NCBI GenBank assembly: GCA_964016885.1
Contig: OZ024740.1
Coordinates: forward strand, 9,548,001-9,612,000
DNA from: Eledone cirrhosa
Taxonomy: Eukaryota
DNA length: 64,000 nt
Direction of reading: 5' to 3'
Part shown: piece after piece, positions 38,017 to 48,480 of the stretch
Layout of the letters: each line of letters starts with the position of its first letter
Position numbering within the stretch: position 1 is the stretch's first letter
The notes under the pieces: generated by a model
Told to the model about the DNA's origin: nothing
Seen by the model: the letters and a program-made list of their open reading frames with translations, nothing else
Database searches by the model: none
Position numbers and translations under genes: made by a program

Positions 38017-39265
38017 ATCATCATCATCATCATCGTTTAACGTCCATGTTCCACGCTTGCATGGATTTGGACGGGAGTTTTCCCACTTGAGGCAAGAGTG
38101 GTTGTCTTGCTCTCATACGACTGTTTGGCAGGTTTTCTACAGCTTGATGATGCCCTTCGTAACACCAACCACATTTACAGTGTGGGACTGGGAGGTTTTT
38201 ACCGTGTTGCCTACACGGCCACATTACAGCGTGGACTGTGTGTTTTCTTGTCGTGACACCTACACTATCTCATTTGTTTCGGCCTGGATGTTGTGGCACC
38301 AACGTAACTTTACATTGAAAGGGGCGGTGTGGATGGGGTGGTGGTGGTGTGATGGGGGCGTATTTTGTTAGAGATGCCTACTGACTGTAGTAGGTTTACT
38401 TTGTATTTAGGCAAGGCGGGTCTTCTCTATTACTGAGTACCGCCAAAGCTCTCGGTCCAGTGACATTGTCTTGGAGAGGTGTAAGTGTGTGAGGTCGGAA
38501 TTTATCAGCTCGTCCCAGGTTTTTCTGGGTCTGCCTACTCCGTGGCTACCGTCTATCTTTATTGCCCTGCACTTTTTTATACAGCTGTCGTCTTTCATGC
38601 GCATCACGTGACCATACCAACGTAGCCTTCTCTCAAGTAAACAACATCTGATCCCTCTTATTTCTAATTTTTCCCTTAGTTCGTTTATGCTTTGCCGTTC
38701 ACGTATATTACTATTACACATTCAGCGGAGCATGCATGCTTCGTTCCTCTCTAGTCTGCGTATATCCTCTGCACACAATGCCCAGGTCTCACTGCCATGC
38801 AACATTGCTGTTCGTATGCAGGCATCATACAACCTGCCTTTCATTTTTAGAGAGAACCCTTTAGCGGCTAATAGTGGTATAAGCTCTCTGAACTTTTTCC
38901 ATCCAGTTCTGACTCTAGCTACTGTACTTTCAGAGCACCCTCCCCCACTGCTGATTTTGTCACCCAGGTAACGGAAGCTGTCCACTATTTCTATAGAACC
39001 CTCTGCGCAATTGAAAGAGCTAATATTATTAGTGTGAACTTGCTGCTACTTATTGCACCAGAGCACCGGCCATATGTAAAATCTATGTTCTTAGTTAGCT
39101 TACCTGTGATCCCACTACATCTTTTATGCACCCATACTTTGCATTTGGGACATAAAATGAAGTTTCTACCTACGCCTTTCCTACACACTGAGCATGGCCA
39201 TTTCCCAGAAGGGACCGGCGCCTTATTTTCTTTCCTACAAACTAGAACTTTAGTCTTAGCCAGGT
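38017..39265 (-). mobile_element. 5'-truncated RTE family B in reverse orientation
   Basis: (ATC)n at left, reverse-complement match to ~19143-20400, TGG>TGA stop at 38722, GGT microhomology at the right junction. Confidence 0.95.
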
Positions 39266-39784
39266 ATATCAGTTTCTATTGGTATGTCAGTTTCTATTGG
39301 TATGTCCGTTTCGATTGGTATGTCAGTTTCGATTGGTATATCAGTTTCGATTGGTATATCAGTTTCGATTAGTATATCAGTTTCGATTAGTATGTCAGTT
39401 TCGATTGGTATATAAGATTTCAATTGGTATATCCGTTTCGATTGGTATGTCAGTTTCAATTAGTATGTCAGTTTCGATTAGTATGTCAGTTTCTATTAGT
39501 ATGTCAGTTTCTATTGGTATATCAGTTTCTATTGGTATGTCAGTTTCAATTAGTATGTCAGTTTCGATTAGTATGTCAGTTTCTATTAGTATGTCAGTTT
39601 CGATTGGTATATCAGTTTTGATTAGTATGTCAGTGTCGATTAGTATGTCAGTTTCGATTGGTATGTCAGTTTCTATTGGTATATCAGTTCCTATTGGTAT
39701 GTCAGTTTCGATTAGTATGTCAGTTTTGATTAGTATATCAGTTTGTATTGGTATATCAGTTTCGAATAGTATGTCAGCTTTATT
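39266..39784. repeat. 18-bp satellite array, terminal segment
   Basis: The last monomers decay into unique sequence at ~39780. Confidence 0.93.
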
Positions 39785-39935
39785 AAATATTAAAGAAAGT
39801 TTCTTCCTACATTCTATGGCAGTTAAAACGTGAATTTTCCCTCAAAATCTCTTCTCATGTATATGAAGGTGGGGTGGTGGAAGGCGGTTCAATAGATCAG
39901 GGTTCAACTGATTAACTCACACGTCTATCTATCCA

Positions 39936-40433
39936 ACTTCCTTCACACACCAAAGAGGGGCGGTTTTCCTCTCTACAGTGGCTATGGTGAAAGAAGTTTT
40001 ATGGTGGACGAGATTGAGAGGACTGAGGACAGATGCCTTTCTCTCCAGACAACAACACATTCCCTTCTTTAGGTACCACTTTAGAAGGAGAATCAGAGTG
40101 GGGAGAGAGGTACTGCACCCCAGTAAATTTACTGAAAGGTGGGTGAATCTGGCAAAAATGGTCCGAGTGATTGGGCCTTCTCTGTTTATAAACCTGTAGG
40201 TTAAAGAAGAGAGCAAAGGGAAGAAAGGAGCACTTGCACAACACGCTCCTGGAGTTGAGGGTCGTTCTATCGACGGGGTATAAAACAACCCATTTGTGGC
40301 GCCTCCCCCCTATTGGGGATTTCGATTGTTATAATTGTTTGCTTCATATTTTTACACGGCTGTATGTAAAATCCCCGGCATGTCTTTGTTTTGTCCCCTT
40401 TTCTTGTGCGCCCTTGTTTCAAATAAAGAAATA
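39936..40433 (+). mobile_element. 5'-truncated Tx1-like LINE 3' end
   Basis: AMVKEVLWWTRL...INL* is homologous to 53460-53677. Ends AATAAAGAAA like the full copy and is flanked by a TATCTATCCA direct repeat (39926-39935 / 40434-40443). Confidence 0.85.
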
Positions 40434-40780
40434 TATCTATCCATCTCCTCTCGCTTTCTCTTTCTCTCTCTCTCTCTCCACACACACACACACACACACG
40501 CACACACATACAGACACACACACACACGTGCATATAATATTGTTGTGGTCGTGTTTTCATTGGCAATCGTCTGTTTACGACAGTACAGCGCGGCTCTACT
40601 TTATTTAACTGAGATAAAACTTATATGAGCATGAACAGTAGATCTTTACGCATCTTTTGGCTTAAAAATCTAGAAATTTGGTCCAGCGGGAAAAAGTTTA
40701 TAATCAAAGTTTGATGATAAATCTTGTGTTCAAGTGAGTCAGTAGTAAGCGTGACGCTAGGGGAGGTAATCCAGAAATGA

Positions 40781-40966
40781 CGACGTTTGGAAAAGTTTAA
40801 TTACTGCATGAAAGAAATGATTCAAAAATTGAACTTGCCCAATCTTCACAACATTGAAAATTGGTCAAAATTTGACAAATCTGACTTCAAACCAGATATG
40901 ATTCATTTGAACAATGTTGGAAATCTTAAATTGACACAAATTTTTGCCAATGTTTTTGCCACCTGA
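40781..40966 (+). pseudogene. C-terminal fragment of SGNH/GDSL esterase-like domain
   Basis: Manual translation RRLEKFNYCMKEMIQKLNLPNLHNIENWSKFDKSDFKPDMIHLNNVGNLKLTQIFANVFAT*; DxxHLNxxG resembles SGNH block V. Confidence 0.5.
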
Positions 40967-40991
40967 TCCTTGTTCTATGGCTGACTGACTA

Positions 40992-42109
40992 AGATAGAAA
41001 AATGCGTACAGCAAAAAAAAGTAATATTGTTGGAATATAAACCTTTAAAAATACAGGACAAGAAACTAAAATAAAACTTTAAAAGGGACAAGAAACTAAG
41101 ATAAAACTTTAAAAGAATAGGACAAGAAACTAAGATAAAACTTTAAAGAATTGGACAAGAAATAAAAAATTTTACAATAATATTAGTGGCAAAATTTTTT
41201 TATTCGTTTCCTGTGCTATGTCCCAGTATCTTCTTGATTAGTGCATAATAATTGTCATGCTCTCATTGTGCGTTGCCCCTGAGCGGTTGGTTCTGGTTGG
41301 GGTTGGTTGGCTGAGCAGTTCTGCTCCGTCAGAATGACCATTGCAAGAAGAATTGGCCGATGCAGCTGCAGGTCTCCTCCAAGAATGCACTTCTGGTCCC
41401 GCAACACCAGACGACGATGGAGAAGACGACCGGGACAAGATGTCGACTCTGACCACCGCCTACGGCACCTCCCTCAACCACCGGTCCTCCCTCCCTCTGT
41501 CCCGGCATCCCTCCAGTCCTCCTGCTCCCCCTTCCTGTACCAGAAAGCTGTGGCACGCATTCATCTGGACTGCCGGACTTGAACTCAAGGACAAGATGCA
41601 AGGAGAAGATGGACGGGTTGGTCAAGATCAAGGATGAGCGGGACAACAAGACCGTCCGCTGCTGCTCAAGATCTGTGCTCATGGGCCCATGGGTCCATTC
41701 ACATTATGCATGACACATGAGGCGTGTCGCCGAATGATGAAATAGGGGTATGGTTATGGCCCAATTGGTGTTCAAACCAAGATCAAATGATTCCCCCGGT
41801 CTGACGACGACCTCTGAATGTGGAACCCAGAGCCTATGAATGTGGAACTCGATTTTTTACCAATAAAAATTTTGCCACTAATATTATTGTAACATTTTTT
41901 ATTTCTTGTCCAATTCTTTAAAGTTTTATCTTAGTTTCTTGTCCTATTCTTTTAAAGTTTTATCTTAGTTTCTTGTCCTATTCTTTTAAAGTTTTATCTT
42001 AGTTTCTTATCCTATTCTTTTAAAGTTTTATTTTAGTTTCTTGTTGTGTATTTTAAAGGTTTATATTCCAACAATATTACTTTTTTTTGCTGTACGCATT
42101 TTTCTATCT
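40992..42109. mobile_element. Fold-back element with long inverted arms and GC-rich internal segment
   Basis: Arms 40992-41204 and 41862-42109 are reverse complements containing ~33-bp subrepeats (GGACAAGAAACTAAGATAAAACTTTAAAAGAATA). No TSD seen. Confidence 0.7.
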
Positions 42110-42184
42110 GGTATATATAGTTCAAGGAAACAACAAACAAACAAACACACACACACACATACACACACATACACACACATACAG

Positions 42185-42286
<102 letters not shown>

Positions 42287-42338
42287 CTATATGAAGTAAG
42301 AATATTTTCGAAACAGCGAGCGAGTTTGAAATTATAAA

Positions 42339-42544
42339 TGTAAGCTATCGCCGTATTTTGACTAAATAAATTAAAGAAAATTATTTAGTCTGATAGTGGG
42401 GTTAAGAACCCCCGGAGAAATGGAAAAAGATGAGTATTGATGTCAATACTGATCTTTTTCCATTTCTCCGAGGGTTCTTAACCCCACTATAAGGCTAAAT
42501 AATTTTCTTTAATTTATTTAGTCAAAATACGGCGATAGCTTACA
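42339..42544. repeat. ~205-bp near-perfect palindrome between CA/TA microsatellites
   Basis: TGTAAGCTATCGCCG...TATTGA TG TCAATA...CGGCGATAGCTTACA. Confidence 0.9.
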
Positions 42545-42563
42545 CACACACACACACACACAC

Positions 42564-42800
<237 letters not shown>

Positions 42801-43326
42801 ATATATAATATATATATTCAGTTTTATTCATTTACCTGTGTAGAGGAATGGAAACTAATGCCAGTCTGATTAGAACTGGCGTATTAATGTCTGTTCCTAT
42901 TACAGACTTCCATAAACAGACGACAGTTAACAATTGAAGTTTAACTAGATGTACTCATGTTGTTCTCTCGGGATTTGCTCATTTATACTCCTCCATCATT
43001 AATTGAATTTCAAAGTAAGTATTTGGATGTGTTCAACAAGAGTTGCCGGAAACACTTGTATTGTGACGGCCATAAACCAAGAGAGATAATATGTCCATGG
43101 TCATACACCAAAGAAGATGTAATAAAATACTTTCACTCACTGCCTCCGTCTCTCTCACTCTCCCCCATCTCTCACTACTATAAGCAAATGGGGGTCCACA
43201 CGCTGGCCGCCCCACGGCCCCAGTGGGCAGAAAAGAGAAGGTGTTTCCTCGGAGGATGGTAAGGGAGACGTGTTGGAAGAGCAGCCATTCCAGCTGGCGA
43301 GGTTCACACCTGTGGGTGGCCAACTC

Positions 43327-43455
43327 TGTACCGATGGTGGTGAATAGGGAGTTGGTCTTAGAGCCAAGGACACCAGAAGTCTTCACAGTTACGGTGTACC
43401 GATTGTGGTGAGTAGGGAGTTGGTCCTAGGGCCAAGGACACCAGAAGTCTCCACA
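43327..43455. repeat. Two-copy ~68-bp tandem duplication
   Basis: TGTACCGAT...GGAGTTGGTC...GCCAAGGACACCAGAAGTCT occurs twice. Confidence 0.8.
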
Positions 43456-44019
43456 TCCTGACAAACTATTCCATTCGCCAAAAACTCTTGCAGAGAAATC
43501 TATTGTTTTGATTTTGTCTCACGTCACATTTTAATCCCCAGCCACACCCCCACACCCCCAAAAAATAAAATAAAACAAACAATTAAATATCCGCTTCTCT
43601 AAAAAAAACCTTGATCAAAGTTTGTATATCATATAATATATGGCCTATATATATCCCATTGTGATGACGTCCCCCCCCCTTCCCCGCAAAAAAAAAAACA
43701 CTATTACATCCCACTATGAAAAACATTGTTTTAAACTAGGGTTTCCCAATCTGGGTGATACAGCCACCGATTTCAACTGTTGGGTGGGTGATAAGCAACA
43801 GAAAATGGTGGCCGGTTGGAAATTTTAGTGGGTGATATAGGATTTTGAGTTTTAAGAAGATATTTCAACATATGATACCTTGAATAAAAATATTCAAAGA
43901 ATATATGTAAAGAACCTGTATAAAATACTAGACCAAACAGGAGGCTAGATGGGAATAACAAAACACTAACAAATTTTACCAAATATTTTAGGTATGTTTT
44001 TTGAATATTTTCTATACAG

Positions 44020-44317
44020 GCAGAGCTTCTTCTTCTCCGAATTGACAGAACACAGCTCCGATACTGTGGCATGTGGTTAGAATGTCTCAGGAAAGAATCA
44101 CAGGACAGATTTTATGGATAAAAACCAACCAAGAGGAGACCCAAGGGGAGACCTTGAGCAAGATGGTTGACCCTCCTTGGCTGGGTCCCACTTGGGGATC
44201 CAGCCGGATCGGTTGGAGATGGTTGCTTCTGACAGGACCTGCTGGAAGGAGTGGTTGAGGACTCTGACCCCACGATTCCCTCCGGAATAAGTGGAAGAAG
44301 AAGAAGAAGAAGAAGAA
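44020..44317 (+). mobile_element. Old RTE-like LINE 3' relic with (GAA)n tail
   Basis: LLLRIDRTQLRYCG/VVRMSQERI...PKGRP resembles an RTE C-terminus (frameshifted); ends in (GAA)n. Confidence 0.6.
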
Positions 44318-44564
44318 AGTGGTAGTGCTGGTGTCACTATAAAAGGCACCCAGGCCACACAGTAAGTGTGTTTGGTGTTAGGAAGGGCATCCAGTCGTTG
44401 ACAATAAACCAAAACAGTTCTGTATAAGCAAGACATAGTCATCCGACTTAGATTTGCCTCACAACATCAGGACAACCCGACTAAGCCATGCTAGTGTGGA
44501 AAATGGACGTTAAACAATGATGATGGTGATGATGATAATGATGATGGTGATGGTGTTGATGATT

Positions 44565-44597
<33 letters not shown>

Positions 44598-44723
44598 GTG
44601 ATAATGATGGTGATGATGATAGTGATAATGACGGCGATGATGATGGTGATGGTGATGATGATGGTGATAGTGATGATGATGGTGATGATGATGGTGATGG
44701 TGATGGTGATGGTGATGATGATG
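44318..44723 (+). mobile_element. RTE-tail-bearing short element/SINE with expanded (GAT/GGT)n tail
   Basis: GGTGTTAGGAAGGGCATCCAG and the CCATGCTAGTGTGG...GGACGTTAAAC terminus are shared with RTE A/B. Confidence 0.7.
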
Positions 44724-44813
44724 CACTGGAAAATTTTGTTAGAAACTTTTTCTTTTTTCTTTTATGAAAATTTGAAATTCTTTTTCTCTTATTTTTCTCT
44801 TTTCCATTTATAG

Positions 44814-45476
44814 ATTATTGCAGCACAATCTGGAATCGATGTCTTGATCAATAATGCTGGATTAGGACTGAGTCCATTTAAATTAACCAAACAAGGTTAC
44901 GACTATGTATTTGGTGTCAACCATGTGGGACCATTTCTACTAACACATCTACTGTTAGATCTACTGAAGAAATCTTCCCCCAGCCGAGTTATCAATATTA
45001 TTCCATGTGGGGATACCTACCTCAAAGAAAAACCTGACTTTTCCCGGCGACTCACACCCGAATCGGACATCAAATATCCAAACCTTTTCGGATATAACAT
45101 CAGTAAGCTTGCTCAGATTTGGCACGCTAAAATATTGAGTGAAAAACTGAAGGATTATCATGTGAGTACAATTAGTGTTCACATTGGTTTTAAGAGTTCC
45201 ACCTATCGCAATTCAAAAGGCATGGCGCCACCAGTTAAAACGGCATACCGCTTTTTCGATTTTCTATCAGAAAAATTTAACATACTACCCCAAGATGTCA
45301 CCATGACTGCTGTTTATCTGGCTATGGATCCGCACATTAAGAACAAATCTGGTCAATATTTTGAAAACACGGGAATTTCTCAAAATTTGAGTTCTTACGC
45401 AAAAGACAAACAGCTAGCCCAGAAAATGTGGGAGATTTCCATGGAGATGTGTGGTCTTTGTAAAAAAAAAGAGTAG
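44814..45476 (+). CDS. Terminal exon of short-chain dehydrogenase/reductase (retinol dehydrogenase 11-14-like)
   Basis: Polypyrimidine tract and TAG acceptor at 44811-44813. IDVLINNAG, FGVNHVGPFLLT.LLLDLLKKS.PSRVIN, YNISK (YxxxK), SGQYF and LAQKMWEIS are present; the N-terminal TGxxxGIG is not in this exon. Confidence 0.85.
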   Translation: MIAAQSGIDVLINNAGLGLSPFKLTKQGYDYVFGVNHVGPFLLTHLLLDLLKKSSPSRVINIIPCGDTYLKEKPDFSRRLTPESDIKYPNLFGYNISKLAQIWHAKILSEKLKDYHVSTISVHIGFKSSTYRNSKGMAPPVKTAYRFFDFLSEKFNILPQDVTMTAVYLAMDPHIKNKSGQYFENTGISQNLSSYAKDKQLAQKMWEISMEMCGLCKKKE

Positions 45477-45578
45477 ACGTTTATTTTTCATGGGTCGTCG
45501 TTTTGCGTTTTGATTTACTTTGAAACAAGTTTCACTTGTATTATTATTATTACCACCACCACCACCACCACCACCACT

Positions 45579-45610
<32 letters not shown>

Positions 45611-45644
45611 AATCATCATTATTATTATTATTATTATTATTATT

Positions 45645-45849
45645 GGTGGTGGATTGGCAGTATCAGTAGAGGGTCGGACACCATGCTTGACGCATAGAGT
45701 TATGGCCCTTGCCATTCTGAGTTCAAATTCCGCCGAGGTTAACTTTACCTTTCATCCTACGGGGTCGATAAAATAAAGTACCAGTAATACACTGGGTAAT
45801 TGCTGGCCTTGTGCCAAAAGTAGAAACAATTATTATTATTATTATTATT
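45645..45849 (+). mobile_element. tRNA-derived SINE
   Basis: A-box-like TGGCAGTATCAGTAG, B-box GAGTTCAAATTCC, body GGGGTCGATAAAATAAAGTACCAGT, (ATT)n tail. Confidence 0.8.
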
Positions 45850-46022
45850 TGAAACTTCCTCTGAATTTTGCTTCTTTCCCAAATCTTGCCGTGTGTCAAC
45901 CTGCCAAGTGTCAACCTGACACCTGAGACAAAATGTGATACTACACACAGTTTACAATCAAGCAAATGATACCAGAAGGGCACAAACAACAGTAAATGTT
46001 TTTGAAAATGTTTATAAATTAA

Positions 46023-46362
46023 TAATACTACCCTTCTCAGGACAGGGACAGTACCAGCCAGCACTAGTAACTCTGTAACTAATACTACCCTTCTCAGGAC
46101 AGGGACAGTACCAGTCAGCACTACTAACTCTGTAACTAATACTACCCTTCTCAGGACAGGGACTACCAGTCAGCACTAGTAACTCTGTAACTAATACTAC
46201 CCTTCTCAGGACAGGGACAGTACCAGTCAGCACTACTAACTCTGTAACTAATACTACCCTTCTCAGGACAGGGACAGTACCAGTCAGCACTAGTAACTCT
46301 GTAACTAATACTACCCTTCTCAGGACAGGGACAGTACCAGTCAGCACTAGTAACTCTGTAAC
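46023..46362. repeat. 57-bp minisatellite, ~6 copies
   Basis: TAATACTACCCTTCTCAGGACAGGGACAGTACCAGTCAGCACTAGTAACTCTGTAAC; one copy carries a 4-bp deletion. Confidence 0.95.
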
Positions 46363-46640
46363 TCTTGCAGAGATGGCTTTCCTGGTATTCGATCCAAATA
46401 TTTTTCAGTACTCTTTTTTACCATTCCAAGTGCGCCGACTATCACAGACTTTAAGATGCCACATTTTCTCAATTCAATTGATATATCTTGATACTTGCTG
46501 AGCTTTCCGAACTCTTTCGGAGAGAGGTTACGATCTGATGGAATGCTCATGAACATGTTTTCTCTTTATGGTTCTTTACAATTATATCAGGTCTAATGAT
46601 CTTGATTGTTCTGTCAGTATTTTCAAGGAAATCCCATTAT
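46305..46640 (-). mobile_element. Relic of R4/Dong-type (restriction-like endonuclease) non-LTR element C-terminus
   Basis: RPDIIV..K.KTC / MSIPSDRN..KE..KLSKY.D...E / VIVGALGMV / IPG.PSLQELQ / LTGT..LRRV: PD-(D/E)xK RLE-type ending. Confidence 0.7.
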
Positions 46641-46650
46641 TGTTATTATT

Positions 46651-46872
46651 GGTGGATTGGCAGTATCGGTAGAGCGTCGGACAACATGCTTTGTGGCATA
46701 GAGTTACAGTTCTTTACGTTCTGAATTAAAATACCGCCGAGGTTAGCTTTGCCTCTCATCTCTACGGGGTCGATAATATAAAGTACCAGTAACGAATTGA
46801 GGTTATTATAATCGACTTTCCCCTCCCGCAAAATTGTTGGCATGGTGCCTGTAGTAGTCATCCTTATTATAA
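46651..46872 (+). mobile_element. tRNA-derived SINE (same family as 45645)
   Basis: Shared head GGTGGATTGGCAGTATCGGTAGAG and body. Confidence 0.75.
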
Positions 46873-46981
46873 TCCCCCCCCCACCATCATTATTACAATC
46901 CACACCACCACCACCACCATCATCATTATTATCATTATTATCATTATTATCATCATCATCATTATCATCCTCTTTCTTCTT

Positions 46982-47183
46982 GTGGATTGGCAGTATCGGT
47001 AGAGGGTCGGACGCCATGCTTTGACGTATAGTTTTACGGCCCTTGCCATTCTGAGTTCAAATCACGCCGAGGTTAACTTTGCCTTTCATCCTTATGGGGT
47101 CGATAAAATAAAGTACCAGTAATGTACTGGGTAATTGCTGGCCTTGTGCCAAAAGTAGAAACATTTATTATTATTAATATTAT
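46982..47183 (+). mobile_element. tRNA-derived SINE (near-identical to 45645 copy)
   Basis: Shared head, B-box GAGTTCAAATC, body and tail. Confidence 0.8.
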
Positions 47184-47307
47184 TGCGTGGTGTTTCTCAA
47201 TTACCGAGCACAGCTATGTGGACCTTGGCTATGTGCAGTGTTGTTTTTGGTGTGGTTGTTTCTATTATATTGAAAGTATTCTTCATAATATGTGTGCAGG
47301 ACCCAAA

Positions 47308-47515
47308 GGATTAGCAGAATTGGTAGAGCATCAGGCATAATGAATGCCATTCCTGTATTTGTTCTGTCTCTTTACAATCTAACTTCATACCCCACCAAGA
47401 TCAAACTTTGCCTTTGATCTTTCCAGGGTCGACAAAATAAAGTACCAGTCAAGTACCATGGATTGATTTAATCAACTTTGCCCCTCCCTCAAATTTGCTG
47501 GCCTTGTGGTGTCTA
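47308..47515 (+). mobile_element. Diverged SINE of the same family
   Basis: TAGCAGAATTGGTAGAGC head; GGGTCGACAAAATAAAGTACCAGT; TTGCTGGCCTTGTG. Confidence 0.6.
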
Positions 47516-47920
47516 AATTGTGCAACCCAGAAAAGTAAATTCTTGTTAAAATCTGGTATTACCAAGTTTAATTGAAAAACAAAAGAAAATAAATCTTCTC
47601 TAGTTACTAACGAAGACGCGATTCCTCTTTGTTATATATTGTTTTGTTTTTTATGGATTAGCCAAAAAGTAAAGTATTATTTTGAAGACGTGAGTGTATA
47701 CCTCCGAACACAAAGGAACCAAACTCCCACTGTCATTGCCTCCATCTCTCACTATAGGTTAAATAGCCTTCCCAACCATAATTAGCCCAGTGTCCTGAGT
47801 ACGGCTACCCCGCTGACATGACCAGAACCAAAGAGAAAGCGGTGGAAGTCAACCAGGGAGGAGTTTCTTCAGCGTGAGTGAGAAGCTTCTAGACAGGATT
47901 AGATTGGTTTAACCCTTTAG

Positions 47921-48271
47921 CATTTACATTACTCTATATTTACTATTGTATTTTCACGGTAAAGGCTTTACCTCACATAATATCTCACATAAGATTTACA
48001 TTACTCTATATATACTATTGTATTTTCATGGTAAAGGCTTTACCTCACATAACATTTACATTACTCTATATATACTATTGTATTTTCACAGTAAAGGCTT
48101 TACCTCACATAATATCTCACATAACATTTGCATTACTCTATATATACTATTATATTTTCATGGTAAAGGCTTTACCTCACATAATACCTCACATAACATT
48201 TACATTACTCTATATATACTAATATATTTTCACACGAAAGGCTTTACCTCACATAATATCTCACATAACAT
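47921..48271. repeat. ~57-69-bp AT-rich minisatellite, left part
   Basis: CATTTACATTACTCTATATATACTATTGTATTTTCACAGTAAAGGCTTTACCTCACATAATATCTCACATAA units. Confidence 0.9.
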
Positions 48272-48480
48272 CTCGTATACGAGAGACGTGTGTTGACGTG
48301 TGAACAAACTCGGCTACCGAGTTGGATTTACTTACTTAAAAGTGAGTTTTGATTAATTTTTTTATACTGTAATATACGTTAACCCCTTGCCTTGGTCGTC
48401 AAACTTTGAGTTTATTTATTTTCGCCCCTTTTTGGGGCGAATTTATCCAGTTAAAAATTTATTACGGCAAACTAATAGAA

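Noticed and set aside
1-39784. Many ORFs such as (IETDIP)n, (SVSIGM)n and (LVCQFR)n suggesting a giant repetitive protein
   Set aside because: An 18-bp unit is open in most frames by construction. 17- and 19-bp monomers and stops break every frame within about 1 kb, and there is no unique coding flank.
1-39784. CRISPR array or telomeric repeat
   Set aside because: There are no unique spacers or cas genes and the context is eukaryotic. The unit is heterogeneous and unlike TTAGGG-type repeats, although a subtelomeric location cannot be excluded.
42906-43014. Possible upstream SDR exon (TTACAG ... GTAAGT)
   Set aside because: All three frames contain stops and there is no SDR motif; it could at most be non-coding.
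44481-44813. Poly-His / poly-Met ORFs
   Set aside because: Translation of an expanded (GAT/GGT)n retroelement tail.
45645-47183. tRNA genes
   Set aside because: The A/B boxes are SINE heads followed by a shared body and (ATT)n tails; no cloverleaf.
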